Positions 63,220-64,000 of a stretch of 64,000 nt of DNA are shown here, one piece after another. Both the position numbers and the translations under genes were made by a program. A model generated the notes under the pieces. It did no database searches and had not been told where the DNA came from. It worked only from the letters and a program-made list of their open reading frames with translations. The number at the start of each line of letters is the position of its first letter. Positions within the stretch are counted from its first letter, which is position 1. This DNA comes from Octopus bimaculoides (taxonomy: Eukaryota). The stretch covers positions 44,463,597 through 44,527,596 of the forward strand of contig NC_068994.1 of NCBI RefSeq assembly GCF_001194135.2. Reading direction: 5' to 3'.

Positions 63220-63961
63220 TTTACACAGGCGCATTGTTTGATTTTGATTTTGTCAACTACACAGTATACACTATCAGTAATAAAAACAGCACCATGACAC
63301 AATTCACTCTGCCAGAAATTCAGAAACAACATGCTATGCTGTACTGCTTGGCATTCATACCGGAAGCTCCAATACAAACATTTCAGAGTGTTTGGGTGTC
63401 AGTCTGAGGACAATGCAATCTGAGGATATGTATCAAGAGCGATAAAAATCAAAGATCCAGTCAACATCATGGTGTTTGGAGTGATCACTAATGATGGTGA
63501 TGTTATGCCTCCATTCATCTTCCCACACAGCCTCATACTTAACATAGAGGCCTACATCAAGTGCTTGGAAGAGGTAGCGTTACCCTGGGTCAAGAGAGTG
63601 ACCCAACACCTGGCAACAGGACTCTGCACCATGCCAGACAAGCAGGAGAACCCAGTCATGGTTGTCGGACAATTTCTGCGACCACATCACCCCTAACATT
63701 TGGCCACCCAACTCTCCAGACTGCAACCCCCTTGATTATTATGTGTGGGGCACAGTTGAGCAAGAGACCAACAAAACTCCTTCTAACACCAAAGATGAAC
63801 TGAAGGCAAGGATTATGGCAGCATTCACCAACTTAAACAAGGAGACCATCTAGAAGAGTTGCAGGGGATTCTGAAGTCGTCTGGTGGCAGTGGTTGAAGC
63901 CAATGGCGCTTTGATTGAATAAATTTACTCTTAGCATTTCAAGATATTTTTATGTAATTAC
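63220..63961 (+). mobile_element. Deleted, frameshifted DD37D (maT) Tc1/mariner transposon
   Basis: MVFGVITNDGDVMPPFIFP, then WQQD(63620)SAPC...WPPNSPDCNPLD(63734)YYVW, with exactly 37 residues between the two Asp codons. Confidence 0.85.
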
Positions 63962-64000
63962 TGGGTTCGATTTGTTTGACTAAACTCGTCAAGGTGGTGC

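Overview
AT-rich, gap-ridden eukaryotic scaffold; the repeat families and the protein style point to an octopus (coleoid cephalopod) genome (inference). The only clear host gene is a protocadherin on the minus strand. Its large exon (about 41728-39309, ATG at 41684) encodes a signal peptide, six cadherin repeats, a transmembrane helix and the start of the cytoplasmic tail. A candidate 38-nt 5'UTR exon lies at 44749-44786; the 3' exon(s) were not found. The rest is repeats: several modular tRNA-derived SINE families, RTE-clade LINE fragments, mariner and DD37D remnants, MITEs, a Helentron-type HINE, a decayed Penelope-like (GIY-YIG) element, mini/microsatellites and a roughly 10 kb triplet-repeat field. 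Most notable: (1) four Penelope-type minimal hammerhead ribozyme motifs in two repeat families, two of them forming inverted arms around a tRNA-like Pol III head (12938-13334); (2) coordinated loss of the EC3-side calcium-binding motifs at the protocadherin EC3-EC4 junction. Family names come from motif recall, not database searches. Nearly all other track ORFs are gap or microsatellite artefacts.
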